Notes under the pieces: generated by a model
The model's database searches: none
Told to the model about the DNA's origin: nothing
Seen by the model: only the letters and a program-made list of their open reading frames with translations
Translations under genes and position numbers: made by a program
Assembly: GCA_029259725.1 (NCBI GenBank)
Contig: JAJDER010000070.1
Location: 25,387 to 89,386 of the forward strand
DNA from: Planctomycetota bacterium
GTDB lineage: Bacteria > Planctomycetota > B15-G4
Direction of reading: 5' to 3'
DNA length: 64,000 bases
Shown here: piece after piece, positions 29,599 to 38,668 of the stretch
Position numbering within the stretch: the stretch's first letter is position 1
Layout of the letters: every line of letters begins with the position of its first letter

Positions 29599-31611
29599 TC
29601 AGTGCTCCTCGGACCCGGTCCCGGCGACCTCCGGAGGCGCCACGCGCAACGCTCGCGTCGCGTCGCCACACCGGAGCATCGACAGGCCCAGGTACGGATT
29701 GGCCGTGGGCCCGACGACCTGGAGCCAGTCCGCACCCTGGTCACCGAACGCCATGGGACAGTGGTACACGGCCAGCTCGGTGGCAGCCTGCCCGTGGCCG
29801 AACACACCGGCGGCCACGGTCACCGCCCGGCCCAGCTGCTCGAACGCCGCGCGCGCGGGCAGGAGCGCTTCGGCCGACGCCAGCGCGGTCGCCGTCGATC
29901 GGGCGATCGCGGACTGCTCGCCCCAGATCGCGCGCACGGGTTCCGACAGGCCTTGCCGGGGCACGTCCGCCACACGCGCGCGCAGGACGCGCGCCGCCGC
30001 GCGAGCCGCCTCCAGGTCATCCCCCGCGAGGGCGCGCTGGATCTCCAGGTAGCTCGCGACGACCTCGGCGAGAGCCGCGCCGAAGGCCTCCGGCGCCACG
30101 AGCATCTCCGGCTCCGCCGCCGCGTCGGTGGCGTCGGTGGCGTCGGAGACAGGACTCATCATGCTCGCCTGACCTCGCAGCTGGAGCTCGGCGTCGATCT
30201 TGAACGCCCCCTGGGTGACCACGAGTTCGCCTTCCCTGAGACCCTCGACGACGACGTAGTCGTCACCGGCCCGCGGCCCCAGGACGACCTCGCGCAGCTC
30301 GAAGGTCGGGCGCTCGGCGTCGGGGCGCTTCACGAAGACGACGGCACGCTTGCCGGTCACGAGCGGCGCGCTACCCGGCACGACCAGCGGATCCGGTCCC
30401 GGCGGCGCGGCCCGGTACCCCAGCGAAGCCGCGGGCACGAGCTGCATGCCGCACAGTTCACACTCGATCTGCGCATCCGCCACGATCTCCGTGTGCATCG
30501 GGCACATCCAGGCGTCCGCCAGGTCGGGTTCGATCACGCGGCCGCCGTCGCCGAGTTCCGCATCCACGATCGCTCGCACGAACATGCCCGGCCGCAGCCG
30601 ACCGTCGGGATTGTCGACGTTCACGCGCACGCGCACGGTGCGCGTGGTCTCATCGAGGATCGGCGCGATGAACGCGACGGTCCCGTGCTCGACCACGCCT
30701 GGGTAGGCGTCCACCTCGAAGGTCACGTGCTGACCGAAGCGGATCCAGGGCAGGTCAGGCTCGTACGCGTCGAGCATCAACCACACGTGCGAGAGGTCCG
30801 CGATGGTGTAGATGTGGTCGCCGGTGTTGACGTAGGTCCCTTCGGCCACCGGCTTCGCGATGACCGTCCCCGCCGTCTGCGCGAAGATGGTGACGTGCGT
30901 ACTCGGCTCCAGCTGCTGCTCGATACCGGCGATCTGCTCGTCCTTGAGGCCCCACAGCCGCATGCGTTCGCGGGCCACCTCCAGCGACGCCTGCTGACGA
31001 GTGGGCACTTCCTCGCCACGCTCCAGGTAGGCGTTCGCGGCTGCCACGGCCTGCAGCAGCTCGCGTTGGGTCGTCAGCAGGTTGGGGCTGTAGATCTCGC
31101 CGAGATGGTCGCCGGCCCGGACCCGTGCGCCCACGTAGTCGACGAAGAGCTTGTCGAGACGACCGGACACCCAGGCCGTGATCGTGTCGACGCGGGTCTC
31201 GTCGTGGGAGACGCGCCCGAACAGCCGCAACGGGCGCGCGACCGCGCGGCGCTGCACGACCGAGGTCGCGACGTCGGCCAGGGCGGCGGCCTGCGGCGAG
31301 AGGGACAGCACGCCGGGGCCGAGGTCGTCGCCGTCGTCCTGGTTGGCGGGGATCAGGTCCATGAAGCAGATCGGGCACTGACCGGGATCGGGCAGGCGGA
31401 TCTGTGGATGCATCGAGCAGGTCCAGGCCGTCACGCCCGCGTCGGGGGCACCCATCCTGTGCGCCGGCCCACCGTCGCAGGACCGGCCGATCACGATGCC
31501 GAGCAACAGCGCGACGAGGATCGCGAGCACACCGGGTCGCCGTCGCGGCGCGGGGGCCTGCGGTGCGGCGGTTGCCGGCGGCTGCGCTTGCGAGGCGCTC
31601 GAGGACGTCAT
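29599..31611 (-). CDS. cusB: RND periplasmic adaptor, CusB-like, with two heavy-metal-binding domains and DUF3347-like C-terminus
   Basis: WTCSMHPQI...CPICFMDL; LRPGMFV; WMCPMH...CELCGMQL; YHCPMAF...DWLQ...NPYLG.SMLRCG. Confidence 0.9.
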   Translation of the reverse strand: MTSSSASQAQPPATAAPQAPAPRRRPGVLAILVALLLGIVIGRSCDGGPAHRMGAPDAGVTAWTCSMHPQIRLPDPGQCPICFMDLIPANQDDGDDLGPGVLSLSPQAAALADVATSVVQRRAVARPLRLFGRVSHDETRVDTITAWVSGRLDKLFVDYVGARVRAGDHLGEIYSPNLLTTQRELLQAVAAANAYLERGEEVPTRQQASLEVARERMRLWGLKDEQIAGIEQQLEPSTHVTIFAQTAGTVIAKPVAEGTYVNTGDHIYTIADLSHVWLMLDAYEPDLPWIRFGQHVTFEVDAYPGVVEHGTVAFIAPILDETTRTVRVRVNVDNPDGRLRPGMFVRAIVDAELGDGGRVIEPDLADAWMCPMHTEIVADAQIECELCGMQLVPAASLGYRAAPPGPDPLVVPGSAPLVTGKRAVVFVKRPDAERPTFELREVVLGPRAGDDYVVVEGLREGELVVTQGAFKIDAELQLRGQASMMSPVSDATDATDAAAEPEMLVAPEAFGAALAEVVASYLEIQRALAGDDLEAARAAARVLRARVADVPRQGLSEPVRAIWGEQSAIARSTATALASAEALLPARAAFEQLGRAVTVAAGVFGHGQAATELAVYHCPMAFGDQGADWLQVVGPTANPYLGLSMLRCGDATRALRVAPPEVAGTGSEEH

Positions 31612-33014
31612 GGGTTCTCCTCCGGAAGCAGTTCGGCCCCGGACAGGCCGCGAAGGCGGTAGCGCGCACGACCGGCGTCGGCGCGGGCACGGGCGACGGC
31701 GTGCGCGAACTCCAGCCAGACGCGCTCGGCGTCCACCAGGTCGAGGAAGGAGGCGTCGTCGTTCTGGTACGCCGTGAGCGTGGTGTTCACGTTCACCTCG
31801 GCGAGCGGGATCAGCTCCTCCTGGTAGAGCGACACGCGCCTGATCGCGTCCCCTAGCCGGAACAACTCCATCTCGATCTCCGCCGCCGTCCGGTTGCGCG
31901 CCGCGGCCAGATCGCCGAGGGCGGCGGAGAGGTTGGCGCGCGCCTCGTGGCCCATGGCCTCGTCGCGGCTGCGGAAGATGGGCAGGTCCACACCGAAGCT
32001 CACGGCGATGGCGTCGTTGCCGGAGTCCTTGATGGCCGGGCCGCTCGCCGCACTGATCGCGGTGTAGTCCACGCCCAGCGCGAAGCCGGGGTAGCCGGCG
32101 AGGTCCGCGAGGGAGACGCCCAGCTCCGCCGCCTCCACGGCCAGGCGGCGAGCGCGCAGGTCCGGGCTGGTCTCTTCGAGCCGCGCGAGCATCGCCGCCG
32201 ACTCCGGGACGTGCCTCGGCGCGGGCAGCTCATCGCGGGGCTCGAGCGGGGCCCCGGTCGGTCGGTCGAGGATGGTGTTGACCCGCGCGCGCAGCGGTCG
32301 CTGCAACTCCTCACTGGCACGCAGGCGGTCCTCGAGGATGCCCAGCTCGACCTGGGCGCGCGTGAGATCGTGATGCGTGCCGACGCCGGCGGCGTAGCGT
32401 TGGCGCGCGATCGGCTCCCACTGCACGAGCAGGTCGCGGTGGTCCCGCGCGATGGCGGCGTCGGCGCGGGCGTGCAGGAGTTCGATCCACGCCTCGCCGA
32501 GCTCGACCTCGACCGCGAGGCGCGTGAGGATGAACTGCTCGCGGGCGACCTCGGCCAGGGCCACGGCCTGTTGTCCAGCGAGATCGAGCGTGCCGAACCA
32601 GGGGAAGCCCTGGGTCAGGCTCGCGCGCCAGTCCATCGCGCCGCCCCGCGTCTGGACCTCGTCCAGGTAGGGCGAGAAGGTCAGCCGCGGGTCGGGCAGG
32701 CTGGTGACCTGCGGGATGCGCTCGAGGGCCGCGCGCCAGCGCTGGTGCGCGGCGCGTACGCGGGGATTGCGGCTCACGGCCACGGCCAGGGCGCCGTCGA
32801 GGTCGGCCGTCGCAAGGTCAGCCGTCGCAAGGTCAGCGGTCGCTGCGTCGGCGGTCGCTGCGTCGGCCCGGGCCGCGTCAGCAAGAGGCCCGCCGCGAGG
32901 CGTGCCGGACGCCGCCGCCCAGTGCTCCATGCGGGAGCGGTACTCCGGCGACGTCGTGTCGCAGGCCGCCAGCGACACCAGCAGGACCATCGGGGAGAGC
33001 GTGGAGATGCGCAT
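31608..33014 (-). CDS. TolC family outer-membrane efflux lipoprotein
   Basis: Lipobox LAAC, SLPDPRL, QGFPWFG, VDLPIFR; ADAAT/ADLAT repeats near N-terminus; upstream of cusBA. Confidence 0.9.
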   Translation of the reverse strand: MRISTLSPMVLLVSLAACDTTSPEYRSRMEHWAAASGTPRGGPLADAARADAATADAATADLATADLATADLDGALAVAVSRNPRVRAAHQRWRAALERIPQVTSLPDPRLTFSPYLDEVQTRGGAMDWRASLTQGFPWFGTLDLAGQQAVALAEVAREQFILTRLAVEVELGEAWIELLHARADAAIARDHRDLLVQWEPIARQRYAAGVGTHHDLTRAQVELGILEDRLRASEELQRPLRARVNTILDRPTGAPLEPRDELPAPRHVPESAAMLARLEETSPDLRARRLAVEAAELGVSLADLAGYPGFALGVDYTAISAASGPAIKDSGNDAIAVSFGVDLPIFRSRDEAMGHEARANLSAALGDLAAARNRTAAEIEMELFRLGDAIRRVSLYQEELIPLAEVNVNTTLTAYQNDDASFLDLVDAERVWLEFAHAVARARADAGRARYRLRGLSGAELLPEENP

Positions 33015-33071
33015 GGGATCAAGGGCCGCGGGTCGGCGCCCCGGCAGAGCGCCGACCCGACAGCACGGGGC

Positions 33072-33356
33072 TCACTTGGGGAGTTCGGCTCCGGCCTCGG
33101 CCAGCGCCGCCACCTTGCCGGCGTCGTCGAGCGCCGCGAAGTCCTCGGAGCAACCGTCGCAGCAGAAACCGATGGTCGCACCGGCGTACTCGAACGTGCC
33201 GCCTTCGGGCTCCACGTCACCGCCCATGATCGGGCACTTGGAGTTGAGCGTGAGGCTGACGACCTCGGCGACCGGCGAGGCGTCGTCACCCCCGGCCGTG
33301 CAGCCGGCGGCCACGAGGAGCAGGCAGGAGGTCAGGATCAGGGTGATGCGGGACAT
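33072..33356 (-). CDS. Small YHS/TRASH-like metal-binding lipoprotein
   Basis: MSRITLILTSCLLLVAAGC; NSKCPIMGG...IGFCCDGC; GGAG RBS. Confidence 0.85.
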   Translation of the reverse strand: MSRITLILTSCLLLVAAGCTAGGDDASPVAEVVSLTLNSKCPIMGGDVEPEGGTFEYAGATIGFCCDGCSEDFAALDDAGKVAALAEAGAELPK

Positions 33357-33521
33357 GCGTATTCTCCGGGCATCGGGTCCGGGCGGACCCATGGGGTGAG
33401 GGGTGCAAGGGAGACGGAGGGATTCCGTCGTCCCGGAAGACAGGGGTGGCTCGGGGAGGAGCCGGGCGGACGCAACGAGCCGGGATGCGCGACGGAGCGA
33501 GCCGTCACACGACACGTCCGC

Positions 33522-33932
33522 TCAGAGCAACATCACGCAGCAGCGCAGCCGTGTCGTCGCATCGGCGAACGCCGCGCGGGACCCGGAGCCGGACGGCTTA
33601 CGGATCGGTTCCGGCGACACCGGACGCGCCACCGACTCGGACCAGCTCGGGAGCACGGGCGGGTCGAGGGGCAGCACGGTCACGTCGCGCGAGGGTGCGG
33701 GAGGCGCGGTCGGAAGTGGCTCGACGTGGCAGGCGCAAGGCGGACGCTCGAGGGACAGAGCGCCCGCGCTGGTCCCGCACCCGCAACAGCACTCCTCGAA
33801 CACCGGGTCGGACCCGGCGCAGGTGGCTTCCGCCGCCACCGGCCCCGCGATCAGCGCCACGACCACGAGGAGCAGGACACCGCGCACCGGGGCGCGGAGG
33901 TCTCGGGCGGTTCGCACGGTGTGGTGCCGCAT
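33522..33932 (-). CDS. Cys/Pro-rich exported hypothetical protein, DUF2946-like leader of the efflux operon
   Basis: Hydrophobic signal-like segment, ECCCGC, PPCACH, Pro-rich linker, C-terminal RLRCCVMLL. Confidence 0.65.
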   Translation of the reverse strand: MRHHTVRTARDLRAPVRGVLLLVVVALIAGPVAAEATCAGSDPVFEECCCGCGTSAGALSLERPPCACHVEPLPTAPPAPSRDVTVLPLDPPVLPSWSESVARPVSPEPIRKPSGSGSRAAFADATTRLRCCVMLL

Positions 33933-34096
33933 GGGGATCACTTCCGCGGGCTCTCCGGTGCCCGCTGGACCGTCCAGCTCGCTCGATGCAGGATACGGAC
34001 CCGGCGCGGATGAGGCCAACCCCTGAACCCTCCGCCACGAGCCGGCCACCCGACCAGGCCTGATCGGGCCCTATCGGCACCCGGAGCCCTCATCCT

Positions 34097-35266
34097 TTGC
34101 TGTGCACCGTCGCCACCAACACACATGCCGATGGATCGATGGCGATCGAGCCACTCTGCGAGCAGGTGCGCGCGTCCCTGGGCGGCCGATCGCCGGACGT
34201 GGTCGTGATCTTCTTCACGGCCCACCATCGCCCCCACGTCGAGCGCTTCCGCGAGCGCGTGCTGCGCCTGCTGCGGCCACGCATCGTTCTCGGCTGCCCG
34301 TGTTCGGGCGTCATCGGCGGCGAGACCGAGGTGGAGGGCCGGCCCGGCCTGACCCTCTGGGGTGCCCGCTGGGCCGAGGCCGACGTGGTCCCGTTCCACC
34401 TCGAACTCGATGAGGTCGACGGGCAGCCGGGCCTGGTGGGCTGGCCCTCGTCGCTTCCCGAGGGCGCCGGCTTCATCGTCCTGGCCGATCCGTTCTCCAC
34501 GCCCGGCGACGAACTCGTGGCCGGTTTTCGCGAGCGCTATCCGGGCGCGCCCGTGGTCGGCGGACTCGCCAGCGGCGCGCGGCAGGCCGCCGAAGCACAG
34601 CTGATCACGACCCACGGCGTGGCTGACGAGGGCGCGGTGTGCCTCGCCATCGGCGGCGGCACGCGGCTCGATGCGGTGGTCAGCCAGGGCTGTCGTCCCA
34701 TCGGCCGGCCCTTCGTGATCACGAGCGGCGAGCGCAACGTGATCGCCACCCTGGGCGGCAAGCCCGCGTTCAAGCAGCTCGTGTCGGTGCTGCGCTCGAT
34801 CGACAAACGCGACCGCGAGCTGACCCAGGGCGGCGCGATCCACGTCGGGCGCGTCGTCGATGAGCGCAAGAGCCGCTTCGGCCCCGGCGACCTGCTGGTG
34901 CGCTCCATCACCCACATCGACACCGACTCGGAGAGCATCGCGCTGAGCGACTTCGTGCGACCGGGCCAGACGATCCAGTTCATGGTGCGCGATGCCCAGG
35001 CGGCGTCGGCCGAACTCGAGACCATGCTCGCCGAAGAAGCGGCGCGGGGGCCGGCGTCGGGAGCGCTGCTGTTCTCGTGCAATGGCCGGGGTGAACGCTT
35101 CTTCGGCGCGCCACACCACGATCTCGGCCGGGTGCGTGACGGCCTGGGGGACATCCCCGTGGCCGGCTTCTTCGCCGCCGGCGAGATCGGCCCTGTGGGT
35201 GGCGAGCCCTTCATGCACGGGTACACGGCCTCGTTGGCGCTCTTCCGAGACGCACCACGAAGCTGA
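34097..35266 (+). CDS. FIST signal-transduction domain protein
   Basis: GCPCSGVIG, LADPFS, VVGGLASG, VVSQGCRPIG, ALLFSCNGRG, AGFFAAGEIGP...HGYTAS. Confidence 0.9.
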   Translation: MLCTVATNTHADGSMAIEPLCEQVRASLGGRSPDVVVIFFTAHHRPHVERFRERVLRLLRPRIVLGCPCSGVIGGETEVEGRPGLTLWGARWAEADVVPFHLELDEVDGQPGLVGWPSSLPEGAGFIVLADPFSTPGDELVAGFRERYPGAPVVGGLASGARQAAEAQLITTHGVADEGAVCLAIGGGTRLDAVVSQGCRPIGRPFVITSGERNVIATLGGKPAFKQLVSVLRSIDKRDRELTQGGAIHVGRVVDERKSRFGPGDLLVRSITHIDTDSESIALSDFVRPGQTIQFMVRDAQAASAELETMLAEEAARGPASGALLFSCNGRGERFFGAPHHDLGRVRDGLGDIPVAGFFAAGEIGPVGGEPFMHGYTASLALFRDAPRS

Positions 35267-35324
35267 GCAGCAGGCCCTCGGTGAACGCGAGTCGCGCGGG
35301 CCTCCAGCGGTCGCGGCCTGCGTG

Positions 35325-36980
35325 TCAGCCGTCGTTGCCCAGGGCGATGCGGATGCGTTCGCGCACGCCGGCATCGGACTCGTTGTGCAGCGCGGCCCGG
35401 AGCGTGTCCAGCGCGCGGCTGGCCGCGGGCTCGGTCGCGAAGTCGCGCAGCGCCAGGGCCGCGAGCGCGCGGTGCTGGGGGCGCAGGTCATGCAGCAGGC
35501 GCTTCTCCAGGGCGACGCGCACGCGCTCCTCGTGTGCCGACGAGGGCGCCTCGGCGCTCCCGAAGCCGATCGAGAGCCCGCGCGACAGGCGGTCGTACTC
35601 CAGGCTCATCGACAGCGCGCCCAGCTCGGCGAAGGCCAGCGCGTCGTCCTTCTCGTCGGCCAGCGCCCCGGCCAGCACCGCTTGCGCGGCGCGCGCCTGA
35701 TCGAGCTGGTCCCGCTCCACCTGGGTCAGGCCGAGCAGCGAGACCACGGCGCGCAACCGATCGTCGACGCTCGCCGACGGATCGCGAAGCGTCGCGGCCA
35801 GCTCGTCGAGCGCGGGCGGATCGTGGGCCAGGGCCCTGGCGAACCCGACCAGACGCACCATGCGGTCCGCCGCCTCTCCGGGCGCGAGGCCCTCGACGTC
35901 GGCCGTGTCGCGCAGCAGGGCACCCAGCGCCGCGCGGGCCTCCGGGCTGCTCCCGCGCGCGAGGACCCACAGAGCCGCGTTGGCCGTGGTCCGGTCGCCG
36001 CGCTTGTTGCCCACCTGCAGGCCCGACTCCAGGTTGGACCACACGGTCTGCGGGCCGGCCCCGGCTCGCGACTCACCGACTCCGGCTCCGGTTCCGGGCT
36101 CACCGCGTCGGATCGCGTCGCGCAATATCGGCACCACCACGTCGGGTCGGCGGTCGAGTCCGGTGCCGAGGACCAGCAGCGCCGCGGCCTTGATGCGACG
36201 CTCCGCCGACGAGTCCGCGGAGGTCTTCAGCTCCCCGCGCGCCCAGGCGACGACGGTCGGGTCCGGCGGCCGCGTGACCTCGAAGGAGAGGAGTTCCTCG
36301 CGCCGCTCGAGCACCGCGAGCGAGAACTCATGGGTCGGCATGGACAGCCCGGGCTGCGCGAGGCGCAGCGGATCCCAGGCCGCAGCCGCGATCACGTCCG
36401 CCTTCCAGTCCCAGGACAGCCGCTCGATGTCGGCCAACAGCACGGCGCCCCCGCCGAGGGCCGCGCGTGCCAGGGCCACGCCGGCCCGGGCTTCATCGGC
36501 GCGGGCGCGGGCCTCGGCCAGGAAGCCGGGCGCCTCGTCCACCTGTCCCGCCGCGAAGGTCTCGTCGAGGAAGGTCTTCACGCGCTCGAGCACCAGATCG
36601 CGGCGGCGCGTGCGCGGCATGAGCACGTCATCGAGGCGCTCGAGGTCGCCGACGAACTCGACGACGCGCTGGGAGATCCCGAGGCCATCGTCGACGACCG
36701 CGCGGTGTGCTTCCGCCACGGTCGGGATCTCGAGTCGACGCGGCGCGTCACCCGCTGCCGTCGACGTGAAGTTCGTGGCGGGGTGGTCGGGCAGGCCCTC
36801 GCGAACCCCAGGCGTGGCCGACGCGGAGCCTGGGGCCAGGTCGGACGTCGCGAGGTGCGTCGGGTCTCCCTCGGTGCCTTCCGAAACACCGGGCGTCTCG
36901 ATCAGCACCCAGACGGCGCCCAGCGCCACGAGGGCGGTGACGGCCAGCCCCGCCCCCATGACTCCACGCGAGCGCTTCAC
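35325..36980 (-). CDS. Membrane-anchored hypothetical protein with helical (HEAT-like) C-terminal region
   Basis: GTG 36980 overlaps the symporter stop (GTGA); TM helix MGAGLAVTALVALGAVWVLI; RIKAAALL, RLRAVVSL, VRERIRIAL helices. Confidence 0.65.
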   Translation of the reverse strand: MKRSRGVMGAGLAVTALVALGAVWVLIETPGVSEGTEGDPTHLATSDLAPGSASATPGVREGLPDHPATNFTSTAAGDAPRRLEIPTVAEAHRAVVDDGLGISQRVVEFVGDLERLDDVLMPRTRRRDLVLERVKTFLDETFAAGQVDEAPGFLAEARARADEARAGVALARAALGGGAVLLADIERLSWDWKADVIAAAAWDPLRLAQPGLSMPTHEFSLAVLERREELLSFEVTRPPDPTVVAWARGELKTSADSSAERRIKAAALLVLGTGLDRRPDVVVPILRDAIRRGEPGTGAGVGESRAGAGPQTVWSNLESGLQVGNKRGDRTTANAALWVLARGSSPEARAALGALLRDTADVEGLAPGEAADRMVRLVGFARALAHDPPALDELAATLRDPSASVDDRLRAVVSLLGLTQVERDQLDQARAAQAVLAGALADEKDDALAFAELGALSMSLEYDRLSRGLSIGFGSAEAPSSAHEERVRVALEKRLLHDLRPQHRALAALALRDFATEPAASRALDTLRAALHNESDAGVRERIRIALGNDG

Positions 36981-38497
36981 GGCGCGGGCTCCGGCGCGGG
37001 GTCCGGCGCGGGGTCCGGCGCGGGGTCGCGCGGCTTCGTCACCAGGCTCACGACGATCATCAGCACCACGGCCACGATCACCGAGGGCACGACCGCGTCC
37101 ACCGACGAACCCTCGGGCAGGCCCATGCGCGCGGCGGCCCAGGGGCCCAGCTCGAGGTTGCGCCAGGTCACCGCGCAGGTGACGGCGGCGAGCATCGACG
37201 TCACCGCCCCCGCCGGCGTGGCCCGCTTCCAGAACAGCGCGGCCAGCAGCGGCGGCGTGATCCCGACCCCATAGATCGTGTAGGCGAAGAGGGCCACGCT
37301 GAAGAACTCCTCGTCGCCGAGGGCCACCACCACCGCGATCAACGCCAGCAGTCCGACGACGACGCGCGCGGCCCGGAGCAGTTCCGCCTCGCTGGCGGTG
37401 CGGCGCACGAAGCGCTGGTAGACGTCGCGCACCAGCGAGGTCGACGACGCCAGCAGGTAGCTGTCGGCGGTGGACACGATGATCGCCAGGATGCTCGCCA
37501 CGAGCACGGCGCCCAGCAGCGGCGGCAGTACGGTGAGCCCCAGTTCGAGCACGATCGGCCCCGGGCTCTCGAGCCCCGGCAGGAGCACGCTGCCGCCGAC
37601 CGCGACCAGGATGATGATCGCGTCCAGCACCAGCACCGAGGGGATCAGGCACAGCACCGCCAGGCGCGCGGCGCGGTCGCTCTTCGCCGCGAGGAAGCGT
37701 TGGTGCAGGTTCGCGTCGCCGATCACGAGCAGGAACAGCGGCAGGGTGCGCGAGAGGATGTCGAACAGCGAGTAGTGCCCGCCGAGTTGCCGCGCGCTCT
37801 CGGGCAGGGCGCCGAGCGGCGCGAAGACCAGGCCGGACGTGCCCGCCCCCGTGGCCGAGGCCACGACCTGCGGCGCGTCGGCCACCGCGCTCCACACGAC
37901 CGGCAGGGCCAGGATCAGGCCGAGGCCCATGAGCACGCCGTTGAAGGTGTCGGTCAGCGCGATGCTCATCAGCCCGGCGAGGGCCGTGTAGCCGGCGATG
38001 GCCACGGCCACGAGGATCAGCAACGTCGTCGTCGACACCTCGCCCGCGCCGAACATGCCGGAGGTCTCCAGGGTCCGGCGCAGCACCGACTCCGCCGCGC
38101 GCAGCTGGTAGCTGACGATCACCAGGTAGGCCAGCACGAGGGTCAGCGTGCCGAGCACGCGCGCCGCCGGGCCGAAGCGTTCCTCCAGGATGTCCTGCAG
38201 GGTGTAGCGGCCCCTGGCGCGCACGCGCGTGCACAGGAACGCGAGCACGACCAGGCCCAGCGCCGTGGACAGGGGCACGAGCAGCGCCGGCAACCCGACG
38301 GTGTAGCCCTCCTCGGCCAGGCCGAAGATGGACCCGGTGCCGGTCCAGGTGGCCAGCAGCGTGCCGGTCAGCACGAAGGGGCCGAGACCGCGACCGGCCA
38401 GGCTGAACCCGGCCTGGGTCGTCACCTGACGCGACTTGACCAGCCCCACGCCGAGGAGGCCCAGCAGGTAGATCAGCAGGACGGCCGGAAACAGCAC
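36977..38497 (-). CDS. Sodium:solute symporter (SSS) family transporter
   Basis: FSLAGRGLG, TLLATWTGTGS, TLQDILEERFG, YTALAGLMSIALTD, AIIVSTADSYLL; many TM segments; C-terminal PDPA repeats. Confidence 0.92.
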   Translation of the reverse strand: MLFPAVLLIYLLGLLGVGLVKSRQVTTQAGFSLAGRGLGPFVLTGTLLATWTGTGSIFGLAEEGYTVGLPALLVPLSTALGLVVLAFLCTRVRARGRYTLQDILEERFGPAARVLGTLTLVLAYLVIVSYQLRAAESVLRRTLETSGMFGAGEVSTTTLLILVAVAIAGYTALAGLMSIALTDTFNGVLMGLGLILALPVVWSAVADAPQVVASATGAGTSGLVFAPLGALPESARQLGGHYSLFDILSRTLPLFLLVIGDANLHQRFLAAKSDRAARLAVLCLIPSVLVLDAIIILVAVGGSVLLPGLESPGPIVLELGLTVLPPLLGAVLVASILAIIVSTADSYLLASSTSLVRDVYQRFVRRTASEAELLRAARVVVGLLALIAVVVALGDEEFFSVALFAYTIYGVGITPPLLAALFWKRATPAGAVTSMLAAVTCAVTWRNLELGPWAAARMGLPEGSSVDAVVPSVIVAVVLMIVVSLVTKPRDPAPDPAPDPAPEPAP

Positions 38498-38555
38498 GGC
38501 GCCAGTCTATCGCCGGGATCCGACGAGGGGCGCCGCCACGTGAGGCACCTCCGTG

Positions 38556-38603
38556 TCGCCGCCGCGCTCCTCGCGGGCCTCGCCGCCGCGCTCCTCGCGG
38601 GCC
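38556..38603. repeat. 24-bp direct tandem duplication in a divergent promoter region
   Basis: TCGCCGCCGCGCTCCTCGCGGGCC x2, exact. Confidence 0.85.
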
Positions 38604-38668
38604 TCGTCGCTGTCCTGGCAACGGCCCCGCACCGGCTCGGCGAGGGCCCGGTCCGCTACACTGCGCCC

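Noticed and set aside
20101-33932. Metal-resistance block as a mobile genomic island
   Set aside because: No mobility genes, flanking repeats or visible compositional shift
35325-38621. 1098-aa ORF as listed in the track
   Set aside because: Its first half is an alternative frame over the symporter; only 35325..36980 looks like a real protein
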